The position numbers were made by a program, and so were the translations under genes. The notes beneath the pieces are model-generated. The model searched no databases and was not told the origin of the DNA. It saw nothing but the letters and a program-made list of their open reading frames with translations. Of a DNA stretch of 64,000 nucleotides, positions 22,057 through 32,097 are shown piece by piece. Source of the stretch: Nitrospinaceae bacterium (GTDB lineage Bacteria > Nitrospinota > Nitrospinia > Nitrospinales > Nitrospinaceae); assembly GCA_965237905.1 (NCBI GenBank), contig OZ250172.1, positions 1,920,001 through 1,984,000 on the forward strand, given 5' to 3'. Every line of letters begins with the position of its first letter. Position 1 is the first letter of the stretch.

Positions 22057-23865
22057 TTAATGGTCGTGCGTGGCTGCGGATTTGCCGATCTCCGCCTTCA
22101 CCACAAAACTGTTTTTGTGCACGTACTCGCTTCCCGGTTCGATGCCGCTGAGCACTTCCACATGGACGCCGTCGTTTTCGCCCAGCTCCAGCGGGCGGGC
22201 TTCGTAACGGTTATCGACCTTAATGAACACCACCGACCAGTCGCGTATCGTCTGAATCGCGTCCACCGGCACTGCCAGCGGCACCTTCCGCGAGGCCTGA
22301 ACCAGTTTCACCGTAACGTACATGCCGGGCCGCCACAGGCGTTGTTTGTTGGGAATGACCACCCGCCCGGTCACGGTACGGCTCTTCTTATCGATCAATG
22401 CTCCCAGGTAAGTGAGTTTCCCTTTGGCCTCCAGGCCCAGCTTGTCAGCCCGGACGGTGACTTGCTGGCCCAGTCGCACCACGTTCAGGTGCTTGGCCGG
22501 AACGGCGATATTGACCCAGACTTCGGACAAGTCAGCCAGCACGAACACATCGAAATCTTTTTTAACCGACTCCCCAACGGCGATGTGCTTTTGAATCACT
22601 TCCCCGTTAATTTCAGAGCGCAATTCGAATCGAGTGAATCGCCGCTTCTGCTCATGAGACAAATTATTGACTTCCCGTGAGGTCAACCCCAATGCTCGCA
22701 GTTTCTGCGCCAGGGTTTTGATTTCAAGGTTGGCCTGTTCCACGTTCTTTTGTTTTTCGAGCAGAGCCAGTTTGTTGCCATACGCGATTTTTTCACGCAG
22801 AGAAATGTACCTGGCCTCGGCGCTTTTATATTCCTCCATCGCCAGCAGGTATTCCGACCGGGAGGAAATTTTCTTTTGGTACAGCGAGAGCTCACGTTCA
22901 TAAACGGCCTTGGACCGAATCAGTCGTCCATAAGCCGGAACGATCTGCGCGCGCGATTCACCCAGTACCAGTGCGTTGATCTTTTCGTAAAGCGTATCCA
23001 GGTCCAATCCCTGTTGCAGAAGGTCGAGCATGACCCGGTTATTTTTGTTGATCAGTTTCTGCCGTTCGAGTTCGACGCGCACCGGTTCGGCCTGCTTGAC
23101 AGCCGTTAAATATTCGGTTTTGGCGTCGGCCAACTCGCGTGAATCCAGAATCGCCAGAATGTCGCCTTTTTTCACTGGGTCACCCAGATCCTTGTGAACG
23201 CGGGTGACCATGGCATCCAGCCGCGGCACGACGTGCGCCACGCGCTTTTCATGCAGGCCGATCTCGCCGTTGAGTTGCACGACCTGATGAATTTCGGCGG
23301 GTCCGGCCCGCGTGGTTTCGATGCCGGCGTTCTTCGCCGCTTCTTCGGAAATCTGGGCGCGCGCTTCTATCTGCGAGTATTCCCACTGATAATTTTTCCC
23401 ATGCCATCCGGCTTTTATTTTTACGTCGAAAGAATGCGGTTCGACCACGATCCGGTCACCCAACAGGTAATCGCCGGAAGGGCGGAATTTGATAGTGTCC
23501 ACGCGCTCCAGCCGGTGCAGGTCGATGTTCAGTTTGATATGATCGAGCAAGATATTGTTACCCTCCGCGTCCGTTGCGTAGATGCGGAATTGCGGCGGCA
23601 CGTTGCGTTCGTAAATGGTGACCTCCAAATTCAAATCGTCCTTGGAAAATATGCGGCCGCCGTGCGGTCCTTTGTCTTCTGCATGTTCTTCGCCTGCGGT
23701 TTCCTCGCCTTCGGAGTGGCCCTGTTCTCCTTCCTCCATATGACCGGCGGGTTCGTCATGTCCATGTTGATCGTGGATTCCCGGGGGCTCGGTTTGCAGA
23801 ATCATGACCGCCAGCACGGCGCCTACCGCCAGGATGATCAGGATGGATAAGGATTTACGGTTCAT
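22057..23865 (-). CDS. czcB: CzcB-type periplasmic adaptor with His/Glu-rich N-terminus
   Basis: N-terminal TM, GPHGGR, WRPGMYV, C-terminal KSAATHDH. Confidence 0.88.
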   Translation of the reverse strand: MNRKSLSILIILAVGAVLAVMILQTEPPGIHDQHGHDEPAGHMEEGEQGHSEGEETAGEEHAEDKGPHGGRIFSKDDLNLEVTIYERNVPPQFRIYATDAEGNNILLDHIKLNIDLHRLERVDTIKFRPSGDYLLGDRIVVEPHSFDVKIKAGWHGKNYQWEYSQIEARAQISEEAAKNAGIETTRAGPAEIHQVVQLNGEIGLHEKRVAHVVPRLDAMVTRVHKDLGDPVKKGDILAILDSRELADAKTEYLTAVKQAEPVRVELERQKLINKNNRVMLDLLQQGLDLDTLYEKINALVLGESRAQIVPAYGRLIRSKAVYERELSLYQKKISSRSEYLLAMEEYKSAEARYISLREKIAYGNKLALLEKQKNVEQANLEIKTLAQKLRALGLTSREVNNLSHEQKRRFTRFELRSEINGEVIQKHIAVGESVKKDFDVFVLADLSEVWVNIAVPAKHLNVVRLGQQVTVRADKLGLEAKGKLTYLGALIDKKSRTVTGRVVIPNKQRLWRPGMYVTVKLVQASRKVPLAVPVDAIQTIRDWSVVFIKVDNRYEARPLELGENDGVHVEVLSGIEPGSEYVHKNSFVVKAEIGKSAATHDH

Positions 23866-25220
23866 CGTCGTTTCTCCCTTTGTTTCGGCTGAGGGCGGGG
23901 CTCGGGTAAAGGAGACACCGCCTGCCCGGTCAACCGCTCCACGTCGGCGACCGCTTTATGGTATTCCGCCAGTGCATCGAGAAACTGCGACCGCGCGTTG
24001 AACCAGGTCCGCTGGCTGTCCAGCACTTCGAGATAACCGAATTTGCCGAAGCGGTATCCCTCGTTGACCGCTTCAAACGCGGTTCGCGCGCCCGGCAGGA
24101 TTTTGGTTTTGAGCGATGTCACCTGGCTGTGGGCGTTGGCCAGGCGGGTGTACCCGGTGGCCAGCGCCGCGTTCAGTTTCAATGCGACCGCCCTTCGCTC
24201 AGCCTTGGCCTTTGCGAGACGGTGCCGCGCTTCGGCGATAGCGCCCTGGTTGCGGTCGAACAGTTGAATGGGAATCGAGAATTCAACAATGAAGGAGTTG
24301 TCGTTGGTCTCCTCGAACCAGCGCGCCCCGGCACCGACTCTGAGGTTGGGAACGGCGTTGGCTTGTTCCAGATCAACTGCGGCTGTGCGTTGCGCCATCT
24401 CCGTGGCCCAGCGGGCGAGATCGGGGTTGCTTTGCATCCGTTCCGCCAGAGTGTTAAACGGCGGCACGGACCTGATCAGGTAAAGGCGTCCCGTCACTCT
24501 TTTGAAGTGCGGCGTCATGCTGGCCCAGAACGAAGCCAGCCGCCGGTACGCCGCCATCAGATTATTCTTGGACTGCTGGAATTGAATCTGCGTGGTGGAC
24601 AGCGCGACCTGTGCTTTGACCTCGTGGATGGGAGATACCTTGCCCGCAGTCACCCGCGCTTTGACTGCGTTGTAGGAATTTTTGGAAAGTTGCACCAGCT
24701 CCCGCGCCAGGCTCAGCTTTTCCTGGGCGGTCAGGGCGTCGGTGTACGCCTTCGCCACCCGCGTCAGAATATCCATCCGCGCGGTTTCGTAATCCCAGAA
24801 CGCGAGGTCTTTGTGCGACAACGCTTCTTTCTCCCGCTTGGTGCGCTTGCCGCCTAGTTCGATCACCTGGCTGAGCACGAGGGTGGACTGCGACTGCTGG
24901 ACATCCCTGAAGCCGCCGGAGCCGAACACATCCTGCACGTCAAATAGGAGGTTGGGATTTTTATACAGGCCGGCCTGTAGAGCCCGCGCCTCGCGTGCAC
25001 GCACTTCCAGCGAGAACGCTTCCAGCTCCGGATTGTGGAGCAGGACCTGCGCGATCACTTCCCGCAGGGTCAGCACTCCGCCAGCTGGCTTCTGCAGGGT
25101 GATCTCTCCGGACGGGCCGGTGGATTTCTTTATCGGAATTTTTGGGTTCGCCCCGAAGGAGATTGAAGGCAATAGTATCAACAATGCCACCAGGACAAGT
25201 CGTTTGATAACGGGTTTCAT
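23862..25220 (-). CDS. czcC: CzcC/TolC-family outer membrane factor
   Basis: Signal peptide, IELGGKR, LFDRNQG, GYRFGKFGYLEVLDSQR. Confidence 0.88.
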   Translation of the reverse strand: MKPVIKRLVLVALLILLPSISFGANPKIPIKKSTGPSGEITLQKPAGGVLTLREVIAQVLLHNPELEAFSLEVRAREARALQAGLYKNPNLLFDVQDVFGSGGFRDVQQSQSTLVLSQVIELGGKRTKREKEALSHKDLAFWDYETARMDILTRVAKAYTDALTAQEKLSLARELVQLSKNSYNAVKARVTAGKVSPIHEVKAQVALSTTQIQFQQSKNNLMAAYRRLASFWASMTPHFKRVTGRLYLIRSVPPFNTLAERMQSNPDLARWATEMAQRTAAVDLEQANAVPNLRVGAGARWFEETNDNSFIVEFSIPIQLFDRNQGAIAEARHRLAKAKAERRAVALKLNAALATGYTRLANAHSQVTSLKTKILPGARTAFEAVNEGYRFGKFGYLEVLDSQRTWFNARSQFLDALAEYHKAVADVERLTGQAVSPLPEPRPQPKQREKRR

Positions 25221-25304
25221 AGTGTTTGAGTCACCGGAACGGCGGAACAGGCTCCGCGATTCCGAATGGATTTATTTTAAGTTTTTAAATGGGTGGAGAC
25301 GGGA

Positions 25305-25778
25305 TTACGCGCGCAGGGGCGGCGATCGTTCGGAATGGTTTTGCGGACACAGGAGAATTCGGTTGGCGTCGGGTGAAATTTGCTGAGAATGAGAGGATTC
25401 CAATTGCACCGGGATAGAGGAAACCACTGTGGCAGCGGGGTGGAACTCCAACGCCAGCTTGATGACCTTGGTGACGCCGGATTGGTTGAAATCGTATTGC
25501 ACCGTTGCGGCATCGCTGCCCGGCATATTTTCGGAGTGGTGATGCGTCTCACCGGGGCGCAGGGGCTGATGGTCGGGCTCGATAAAGCGCGCCAGCAGGG
25601 TATCCAACTCCAGCGAATGGAAATGCCCGCTGTGCTGGTGCGCCTGCAGTTCGCCGTCGTGCGCGTGGACGTATTCGGGATGATAATGATAGAACATCCC
25701 GAAACTGAAGTGGAACGTCCATAGCAGGACGAACATAAAAGTCAGCGCCGGACGGTTATTTGTGAATCTGCGAATCAC
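25305..25778 (-). CDS. His-rich upstream ORF of czcCBA with C-terminal RSPP motif
   Basis: Hydrophobic N-terminus, 16 His in 157 aa, ends ERSPPLRA. Confidence 0.7.
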   Translation of the reverse strand: MIRRFTNNRPALTFMFVLLWTFHFSFGMFYHYHPEYVHAHDGELQAHQHSGHFHSLELDTLLARFIEPDHQPLRPGETHHHSENMPGSDAATVQYDFNQSGVTKVIKLALEFHPAATVVSSIPVQLESSHSQQISPDANRILLCPQNHSERSPPLRA

Positions 25779-25881
25779 AGTACTCTCACTCCCGGAAAAG
25801 GGGTCGCAACTCTCTATCGGTGTAATATAGGCCCAGTATAAGCAAATTCAAGGATTTATAGCAAGTATTTTCCGCCCGGCG

Positions 25882-27270
25882 CTACGCCGGGCCGATCATG
25901 TTTTTCGGTTGGACTTTCTGGTCGAATTCTTCGGCAGTGAGCAGGCCGAGGGCCACGGCGGCTTCTTTGAGTGTGCTGTGGTCTTCGAAGGCTTTCTTGG
26001 CGACTTTGGCGGCGTTGTCGTAACCGATGTGCGGGTTGAGCGCGGTGACCAGCATCAATGAGTTCTTGAGGTTCTTTTCGATATTTTCCTTGTTGGGTTG
26101 GATACCGACGGCGCAGTGTTCGTTGAACGATTTGCAGGCGTCGGCCAGGAGGCGGATGGATTGCAGGAGGTTGTAGATCATCACTGGCTTAAATACATTA
26201 AGCTCGAAGTTGCCGGACGCGCCGCCGACGTTGACGGCGGTGTCGTTACCGATCACTTGCGCCGCGACCATGGTGAGCGCTTCGCATTGAGTCGGGTTCA
26301 CCTTGCCGGGCATGATGGACGAGCCGGGTTCGTTGGCGGGCAGGGCGAGCTCGCCGATGCCACAGCGCGGTCCTGACCCCAGCCAGCGGATGTCGTTGCC
26401 GATCTTCATGAGCGAGCAGGCGATGGTTTTCATGACGCCGCTGGCTTCGACGATGGCGTCGTGCGCCGCCAGCGCCTCGAACTTGTTAGGCGCGGTGATG
26501 AACGGGTGTTTGGTGATATTCGCGATTTCCTTCGCCACTTTCACCGGGAAATCCGCATGCGTGTTGATGCCGGTGCCGACGGCGGTGCCGCCGAGGGCGA
26601 TCTGGTACAGGCGCGGCAGACAGGAGTCGATGCGCTGGATGGCGTTGTCGAGTTGCGCGGCGTAACCGCTGAACTCCTGCCCCAGCGTGAGCGGGGTGGC
26701 GTCCATCAAATGCGTCCTGCCGATCTTGATAATGCTTTTGAATTCCTCCGATTTCTTTTTCAGCGTGTCGCGCAGGGCGGAGACGTCGGGGATGAGCCGG
26801 TTATGAATCTGCTCGACCGCCGAGATGTGCATGGCCGTGGGGAAAGTGTCGTTGGAGGACTGGCCTTTGTTGACGTCGTCGTTGGGATGGATCGGTTGCT
26901 TGCTTCCCAGTTCGCCGCCGGCGATTTCGATGGCGCGGTTGGCGATGACTTCGTTGGTGTTCATGTTGGTCTGGGTGCCGGAGCCGGTCTGCCACACGTA
27001 CAAGGGGAAATGCAAATCGAGGGTGCCGGAGATCACTTCGTCCGCCGCCTGGACGATGAGGTCTTTTTTGTCGGCGGGTAATACGTGAAGGTCGGCGTTG
27101 ACGATGGCGGCGGCTTTTTTGAGGATGCCCATGGCCCGGATGATCTCGCGCGGCATGGTTTCCCATCCGATGTTGAAATTGATGAGCGACCGCGCGGTCT
27201 GTGCGCCGTAATATTTATCGGCGGGAACCTTGATCTCCCCCATGCTGTCCGATTCCATCCGGTATTTCAT
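25882..27270 (-). CDS. fumC: Class II fumarate hydratase
   Basis: [27 protein letters not shown]. Confidence 0.97.
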   Translation of the reverse strand: MKYRMESDSMGEIKVPADKYYGAQTARSLINFNIGWETMPREIIRAMGILKKAAAIVNADLHVLPADKKDLIVQAADEVISGTLDLHFPLYVWQTGSGTQTNMNTNEVIANRAIEIAGGELGSKQPIHPNDDVNKGQSSNDTFPTAMHISAVEQIHNRLIPDVSALRDTLKKKSEEFKSIIKIGRTHLMDATPLTLGQEFSGYAAQLDNAIQRIDSCLPRLYQIALGGTAVGTGINTHADFPVKVAKEIANITKHPFITAPNKFEALAAHDAIVEASGVMKTIACSLMKIGNDIRWLGSGPRCGIGELALPANEPGSSIMPGKVNPTQCEALTMVAAQVIGNDTAVNVGGASGNFELNVFKPVMIYNLLQSIRLLADACKSFNEHCAVGIQPNKENIEKNLKNSLMLVTALNPHIGYDNAAKVAKKAFEDHSTLKEAAVALGLLTAEEFDQKVQPKNMIGPA

Positions 27271-27316
27271 AATTGTTCCCCTCTGAACGATGATATTGAA
27301 AAATTAGAATCTGTAT

Positions 27317-27355
27317 TTTAACCACAGATGAACACAGATAAACACCGATGAAACC
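27317..27355 (+). repeat. Solo copy of the CACAGAT repeat (family A)
   Basis: TTTAACCACAGATGAACACAGATAAACACCGATGAAACC; 38/39 identical to 40761..40799. Confidence 0.9.
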
Positions 27356-27383
27356 GAGATCCTTCGCTGGCGCTCAGGATGAC
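27356..27383 (-). repeat. REP-like (YGTC-tagged) palindromic unit
   Basis: GAGATCCTTCGCTGGCGCTCAGGATGAC; related units at 32998..33045 and 33062..33098. Confidence 0.7.
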
Positions 27384-27536
27384 CGGCGAGCCGCCGGTGG
27401 CAAATTTATCCTGTTAACCCTATCATCCTGTTATTCGTTCCTCCAAGACGTTGATGGTTATCACCTGTTTGGGAGGACCTGTCTGCCTTTGGTTCGGGCA
27501 AGGCCCGGAGCAAAATTGGGTCCAGCCTCAGGCTGG

Positions 27537-28580
27537 TTAACGCATGAAATAGTGTTCCGCTTCCGGTAAGTGTTCTGTTATATACGTTTTGAATTTTTTG
27601 AGCAAGCGTTGTTCCGTCTGTCGGACGGCTTCGCGGGTAATGTTATAGTGTTCGCCGATTTCTTTCAACGAGGTTGGGTCCTCGGACAGGATGCGGGTGG
27701 CAAACAGTTCTTTTTCAATGGGTTTCAGGTCTTCGAGGAAGGCCTCGATTTTCTCGTGGAGGGCTTCATGGAACTGGCTTTTTTCGATGGCCTGGGCCGG
27801 GTTCTTGCCGTCGCTCAGTGATGCGCCGGGGGTCATATCGCTGTCCGGGTGGCTGGGGGTATCCATCGAGACGTCGTAGGCGCCGAGGCTGGCCTGCACG
27901 TCGATGACGTCTTTTTCCGCGACGCCAAAATGCTCGGCGAGTTTCTTGGGCGAAGCGGTGAAGCCCTGCTCCTCCAGCTTGGCTTTTTCCTTTTGTAAAT
28001 TATAGAGCAGCTTGCGGCGGGCGTTGGTGGTGCCGACGCGCACCAGCCGCCAGTTGTCGAGGATGTATTTCAGGATATAGGCCTTGATCCACCAGCTGGC
28101 GTAGGCGGGCAGGCGCACGCCGCGGAACGGGTCGAAGTTCTTCACCGCTTTCATGAGGCCGACGTTGCCCTCCTGGATGAGGTCCATCACGTTCTGCCAT
28201 TCGCGCCGGAAGGTCATGGCGATTTTGACCACCAGCATGAGGTTGTTGGTGATGAGTTTGTAGGCGGCCTGGGCGTCGCCGGTTTCCTGATAGTGGAGGG
28301 CGAGTTCTTTTTCCTCGTCCTCGGACAGTTCCGTGTATTGCCGGATTTCGTTGATGTAGGCGGTCAGCGGGTCGAGCGGCGCCAGCGCGTCCGATCCACG
28401 CAGGACGGGCAGGGAACGAGAATCCTCCTCCTCTGGGCTCTCGTCGTCGAGTTCGTCGTCCAGCACTTCCGGTTCCAGCGGGAGAGGTTTCTCCTCCTCG
28501 TCACCGGGATGGGAATCGTCTGCTTCCTGGAGTTCCGATTTATGCTTTAAAGGCTCGTTCATAATCAACCATTTGTCCAT
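27537..28580 (-). CDS. rpoH: Sigma32/RpoH-family sigma factor
   Basis: DLIQEGNVGLMKAVKNFDP, RpoH-box-like RRKLLYNL, region 4 ITREAVRQ; start may be 28562. Confidence 0.8.
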   Translation of the reverse strand: MDKWLIMNEPLKHKSELQEADDSHPGDEEEKPLPLEPEVLDDELDDESPEEEDSRSLPVLRGSDALAPLDPLTAYINEIRQYTELSEDEEKELALHYQETGDAQAAYKLITNNLMLVVKIAMTFRREWQNVMDLIQEGNVGLMKAVKNFDPFRGVRLPAYASWWIKAYILKYILDNWRLVRVGTTNARRKLLYNLQKEKAKLEEQGFTASPKKLAEHFGVAEKDVIDVQASLGAYDVSMDTPSHPDSDMTPGASLSDGKNPAQAIEKSQFHEALHEKIEAFLEDLKPIEKELFATRILSEDPTSLKEIGEHYNITREAVRQTEQRLLKKFKTYITEHLPEAEHYFMR

Positions 28581-28655
28581 TTAGCCGATTCCGCACCCAT
28601 ATTTGAGGGAATAGGAGCCGTTGAATGTCGCTCTTATACAAAGTACAATGGCGGC

Positions 28656-28895
28656 ATGCGAATAGATATTTTTATAATACTCCTGGTAGGGGCGATTTTA
28701 CTGTACCGCTGGTCCCAGAAGGCCTCTAAAGAAAAAGGCGACGGGCCTTCTTCCACGGAGATGGTCATGGACCCCAATTGCGAGATCTACATTCCGGAGA
28801 CGGAAGCGATCCGGGCCACCATTGGCGGCAGGGACCATTTTTTTTGCAGTGAAAAATGCGCCGCTGAATACCGGAAATGGCACAGCACCGTATGA
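28656..28895 (+). CDS. Small membrane-anchored YHS/TRASH-domain protein
   Basis: N-terminal TM; DPNC...HFFCSEKC. Confidence 0.8.
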   Translation: MRIDIFIILLVGAILLYRWSQKASKEKGDGPSSTEMVMDPNCEIYIPETEAIRATIGGRDHFFCSEKCAAEYRKWHSTV

Positions 28896-29048
28896 GATCG
28901 GTCCGAAAAGCCCCACATTTACCCATATTGTACCATAACCCGCAGGCAAACCCGGTTGGGGCGGGAGCCGCCGAAACGGGCCCGGGAGGACGCCGAAGCG
29001 GGCCCGGGACGCCGGGAGCGGGAGGCTGGAACCAGGAAAGGAAGCCTT

Positions 29049-29603
29049 GTGACGTATAAATCTGGATGGATGAAGGGGGTCGCTGTTGGCCTGATGTTAG
29101 GGGTGGCGGGGACCGCCCAGGCGGCGGAAGCGCCCAAGCCGTGCGAGCCGGTGGAGACGAAGGGGGTCAAGGTCGAGGGCTATATCTCGAAAAAATTCAA
29201 GCGGCAGAAGCGGGCGATCATCAAGGAGTTCAAGGAAATGGGATACACGCGAGCGGCGATCCGTCCGTTTCCCATGGGGAAGACCGCCAAGGTGATCGGT
29301 ATCGGGCGCTGCGTTCCGGCTTACATTGCGCGTCATGTGATGGCGAAGGCGTTGAAGTACACCAGCGGTATTGAGAGCCTCGTCAACCAGACGTTTCTGC
29401 ACACACACTGGATCGGTATCGGCACCACGACGTTTGATGAACCGTCCCAGCAGTTGGTGACGCAGGAGCAGGTCAAGCAGTTGATGAATCCTGCGTTGGG
29501 CGATGAGGAGTTTCATGCCTTGTACCGCAAATTTTCGGTGCAGGATGAAACCGTGCCTTACTTTGGGCTGACACCGAAGAACGCGAAGAAAGTGACCGAG
29601 TGA
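29049..29603 (+). CDS. Secreted hypothetical protein
   Basis: GTG 29049 after AAGGAAG gives a signal peptide ending AQA|AEA. Confidence 0.7.
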   Translation: MTYKSGWMKGVAVGLMLGVAGTAQAAEAPKPCEPVETKGVKVEGYISKKFKRQKRAIIKEFKEMGYTRAAIRPFPMGKTAKVIGIGRCVPAYIARHVMAKALKYTSGIESLVNQTFLHTHWIGIGTTTFDEPSQQLVTQEQVKQLMNPALGDEEFHALYRKFSVQDETVPYFGLTPKNAKKVTE

Positions 29604-29624
29604 GGTGAGTCCTCCGGCCTCAAC

Positions 29625-30113
29625 TTAGAAAGCGCGAAACTCCTTGACCAGAAAAATCGGGGTTTTCCCTGTCGTGCCGATATACACCATAAACAGCATG
29701 ACCTCGCCATTCTTTTTGACGTCTCTTTTGAGATGGGCGACCAGGATTTCCTGAATGGGAAGCCAATAGGTCTGGCCTTTCTCCCTCACCTTGATTTCCT
29801 TTTTGTAGGTCTTGGCCAGCAGGGCGGTATCTTTTTTCGCTGCTTCGCCCCACATTTTGATGAAAGAGCGACGGTCCCGCTTCATATTGCGCACCTTCCC
29901 CAGAAATAGAGCGGTAGATCGAAGGGGGTCTCCCTTGGGATGGAGATTGATGGCCACCACGCCCTTGGGAACTTTGCGGTTGCTGAGAGGGCTTGCGTGC
30001 TTTGCGGTGATGTCCGCCAGGGTTGCAGGATCGTAATCATTCCAACCGGCCCAGGCGGTTCCGGTGAGGGTGGTGCACAGCAGGCCGATCAGGATTTTGA
30101 TGCGCCACTTCAT
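29625..30113 (-). CDS. Secreted hypothetical protein
   Basis: AGGAG RBS; signal peptide ending AWA. Confidence 0.7.
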   Translation of the reverse strand: MKWRIKILIGLLCTTLTGTAWAGWNDYDPATLADITAKHASPLSNRKVPKGVVAINLHPKGDPLRSTALFLGKVRNMKRDRRSFIKMWGEAAKKDTALLAKTYKKEIKVREKGQTYWLPIQEILVAHLKRDVKKNGEVMLFMVYIGTTGKTPIFLVKEFRAF

Positions 30114-30312
30114 GATACGTTGCTCCTAATAAAATGAAATTGTTCCAATAGTAATAGTGTAATAGGTAGGGCTGAAGGGTCAATCGGATAATTAAAGCAT
30201 CCCGACTCATTTTCTGGCACTGGCAGAGAAGCGCTGTTAAGATGGTGCTGACAATCTGATTTTGGAACCGATGTCCCAATGCTCCCCAACCTCAAACTCA
30301 TACAATAACCGG

Positions 30313-31554
30313 ATGACCACTCTCGACCTCATCGCCTGGCTGATGTTCATCACCGCCGGGTTCAGTTACCTCAACCACCGTTTCCTCAAGTTTCCCACCA
30401 GCATCGGGCTGATGGCGATTGCCCTCGTGTTTTCGATGATCTTGCTCGCGCTGGGAGAATTAAAATGGATTCCCGGGCTGGAGGATTCCGCGCGGGCGCT
30501 GTTGGAGTCCATTGACTTCAACCAACTGGTTCTGCACGGGATTTTGGGGGCGCTTCTGTTTGCCGGCGCCTTGCACATCAATCTGGAAGATCTGGCGAAA
30601 CAGAAATGGATCATCACCCTGCTGGCATCCGTCGGCGTGGTGTTGTCGACGACCATCGTCGCCGGGTTGATGTACTTTGTGTTGGGATGGCTGGGCATTG
30701 GCATCCCCTTCATCTATTGTCTCGTGTTTGGCGCGTTGATCTCGCCGACCGATCCCATCGCAGTGATGGCCATTTTAAAAACCGTTGGCGCGCCCAAGGC
30801 GTTGGAAACTAAAATCGCCGGCGAGTCGTTGTTCAATGATGGCGTGGCGGTGGTGATCTTCATCGTGCTTCTGGATATTGCCATCGGTACCCACGAGCCG
30901 TCGTTTGTTTCGATCACGGTTTTGTTTTTGAAGGAAGCAGTGGGCGGCGCGTTGTTCGGTCTGGCGGCGGGTTACGGAGCATACCGTATGTTGCGCACGG
31001 TGGACAATTATCAGGTCGAGGTCTTGATCACAATCGCGCTGGTGTTTGCCAGCTATGCCGCGGCGGAGGCGATACACGTCTCTGCACCCATCGCGGCGGT
31101 GGCGGCGGGATTGCTGATCGGCAACCACGGCCGGACGCTGGCCATGTCCGAGAAAACCATCGAACATGTCGATATGTTCTGGGAGCTGGTGGATGAAATT
31201 TTAAATGGGATATTGTTTGTTCTGTTGGGATTTGAGCTGTTGATCGTGACGTTCGACCTGTCCAGTTTCAAGGCCGCTGTGATAGCGATACCCGTTGTCC
31301 TGCTGGCGCGGTTGATCGGGGTGAGCCTGCCCATCTGGCTCATGAAATTCAAGCGTGAGTTCAGTCCGAACGCCATCAAGGTGTTGACGTGGGGCGGGCT
31401 GCGGGGAGGTATTTCCGTGGCGCTGGCGTTATCGCTGCCCGCATCTCCCGAACGCGAACTGATTTTAATGATGACCTATGTGGTGGTCGTGTTTTCCATC
31501 CTCGTTCAGGGATTGACCATCGGCAAACTGGTCCAGCGGGGACTAAAAAATTGA
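30313..31554 (+). CDS. CPA1-family Na+/H+ antiporter
   Basis: FGALISPTDPIAV, GESLFNDG, WGGLRGGIS; many TM helices. Confidence 0.92.
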   Translation: MTTLDLIAWLMFITAGFSYLNHRFLKFPTSIGLMAIALVFSMILLALGELKWIPGLEDSARALLESIDFNQLVLHGILGALLFAGALHINLEDLAKQKWIITLLASVGVVLSTTIVAGLMYFVLGWLGIGIPFIYCLVFGALISPTDPIAVMAILKTVGAPKALETKIAGESLFNDGVAVVIFIVLLDIAIGTHEPSFVSITVLFLKEAVGGALFGLAAGYGAYRMLRTVDNYQVEVLITIALVFASYAAAEAIHVSAPIAAVAAGLLIGNHGRTLAMSEKTIEHVDMFWELVDEILNGILFVLLGFELLIVTFDLSSFKAAVIAIPVVLLARLIGVSLPIWLMKFKREFSPNAIKVLTWGGLRGGISVALALSLPASPERELILMMTYVVVVFSILVQGLTIGKLVQRGLKN

Positions 31555-31588
31555 CGGCGCCCCGGCACGTTGGATTTCCTTCTTATGA

Positions 31589-32014
31589 TTATCCCCGTCG
31601 GACGAGACGGGCGGCGTGGGAAATGGTTTTATCGTTTTTGTCGTACCAGTAGGGACAACCGTTGAGGTAAAAAACGATCTGGCCTTCGGAGCCGCGTTCG
31701 TCGCTGGTCCAGGAGCAGTTGCCCGCTCCCGGTGGAAACACCGCATCGATCTTGATATCTCCCCCCTTGAAATCCTTGTTCAGTTTTTGCTCGTCGTACA
31801 GGGAAGAGGCTTCGTGGATGGTCGGCAGTCGCCAGTCCGAATGTCCTGCGAATTTTTTCTCGTTCATTTCCTTTGCATACTCATTGGCTTCATCCCAGGA
31901 CAACTCCTTGTCCTTGTCCAGGCGGGAATCGTTGGCCATCCACATGAGGCTGGTCAGGGAATCGTATATGGTGTTGTCGTCGGTTTTGATAAAACGTGAT
32001 TTGGGTTTTTCCAT
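31589..32014 (-). CDS. DUF1566 (Lcl C-terminal) domain protein
   Basis: DSLTSLMW, SWDEA, GHSDWRLPTIHE, C-terminal ARLVR. Confidence 0.8.
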   Translation of the reverse strand: MEKPKSRFIKTDDNTIYDSLTSLMWMANDSRLDKDKELSWDEANEYAKEMNEKKFAGHSDWRLPTIHEASSLYDEQKLNKDFKGGDIKIDAVFPPGAGNCSWTSDERGSEGQIVFYLNGCPYWYDKNDKTISHAARLVRRG

Positions 32015-32097
32015 GATCGTCTCACTTGCAATAATAAAACGCCCAGCTGACAGACACCGCCGGACGGATATTTTTAATAGGATTGTGGAGGGCTATC

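Noticed and set aside
27348..27569. Small ORFs over the repeat clusters (also 33050..33340 and 40792..41073)
   Set aside because: They arise from repeat sequence or overlap real genes on the other strand; no coding signal.
28944..29015. c-di-GMP-I riboswitch (GGCAAACCC...GGGACGC resemblance)
   Set aside because: It lacks the GCAAA junction after GGGAC and a recognisable second stem, and the spacing is too long; an Infernal search would be needed to rescue it.
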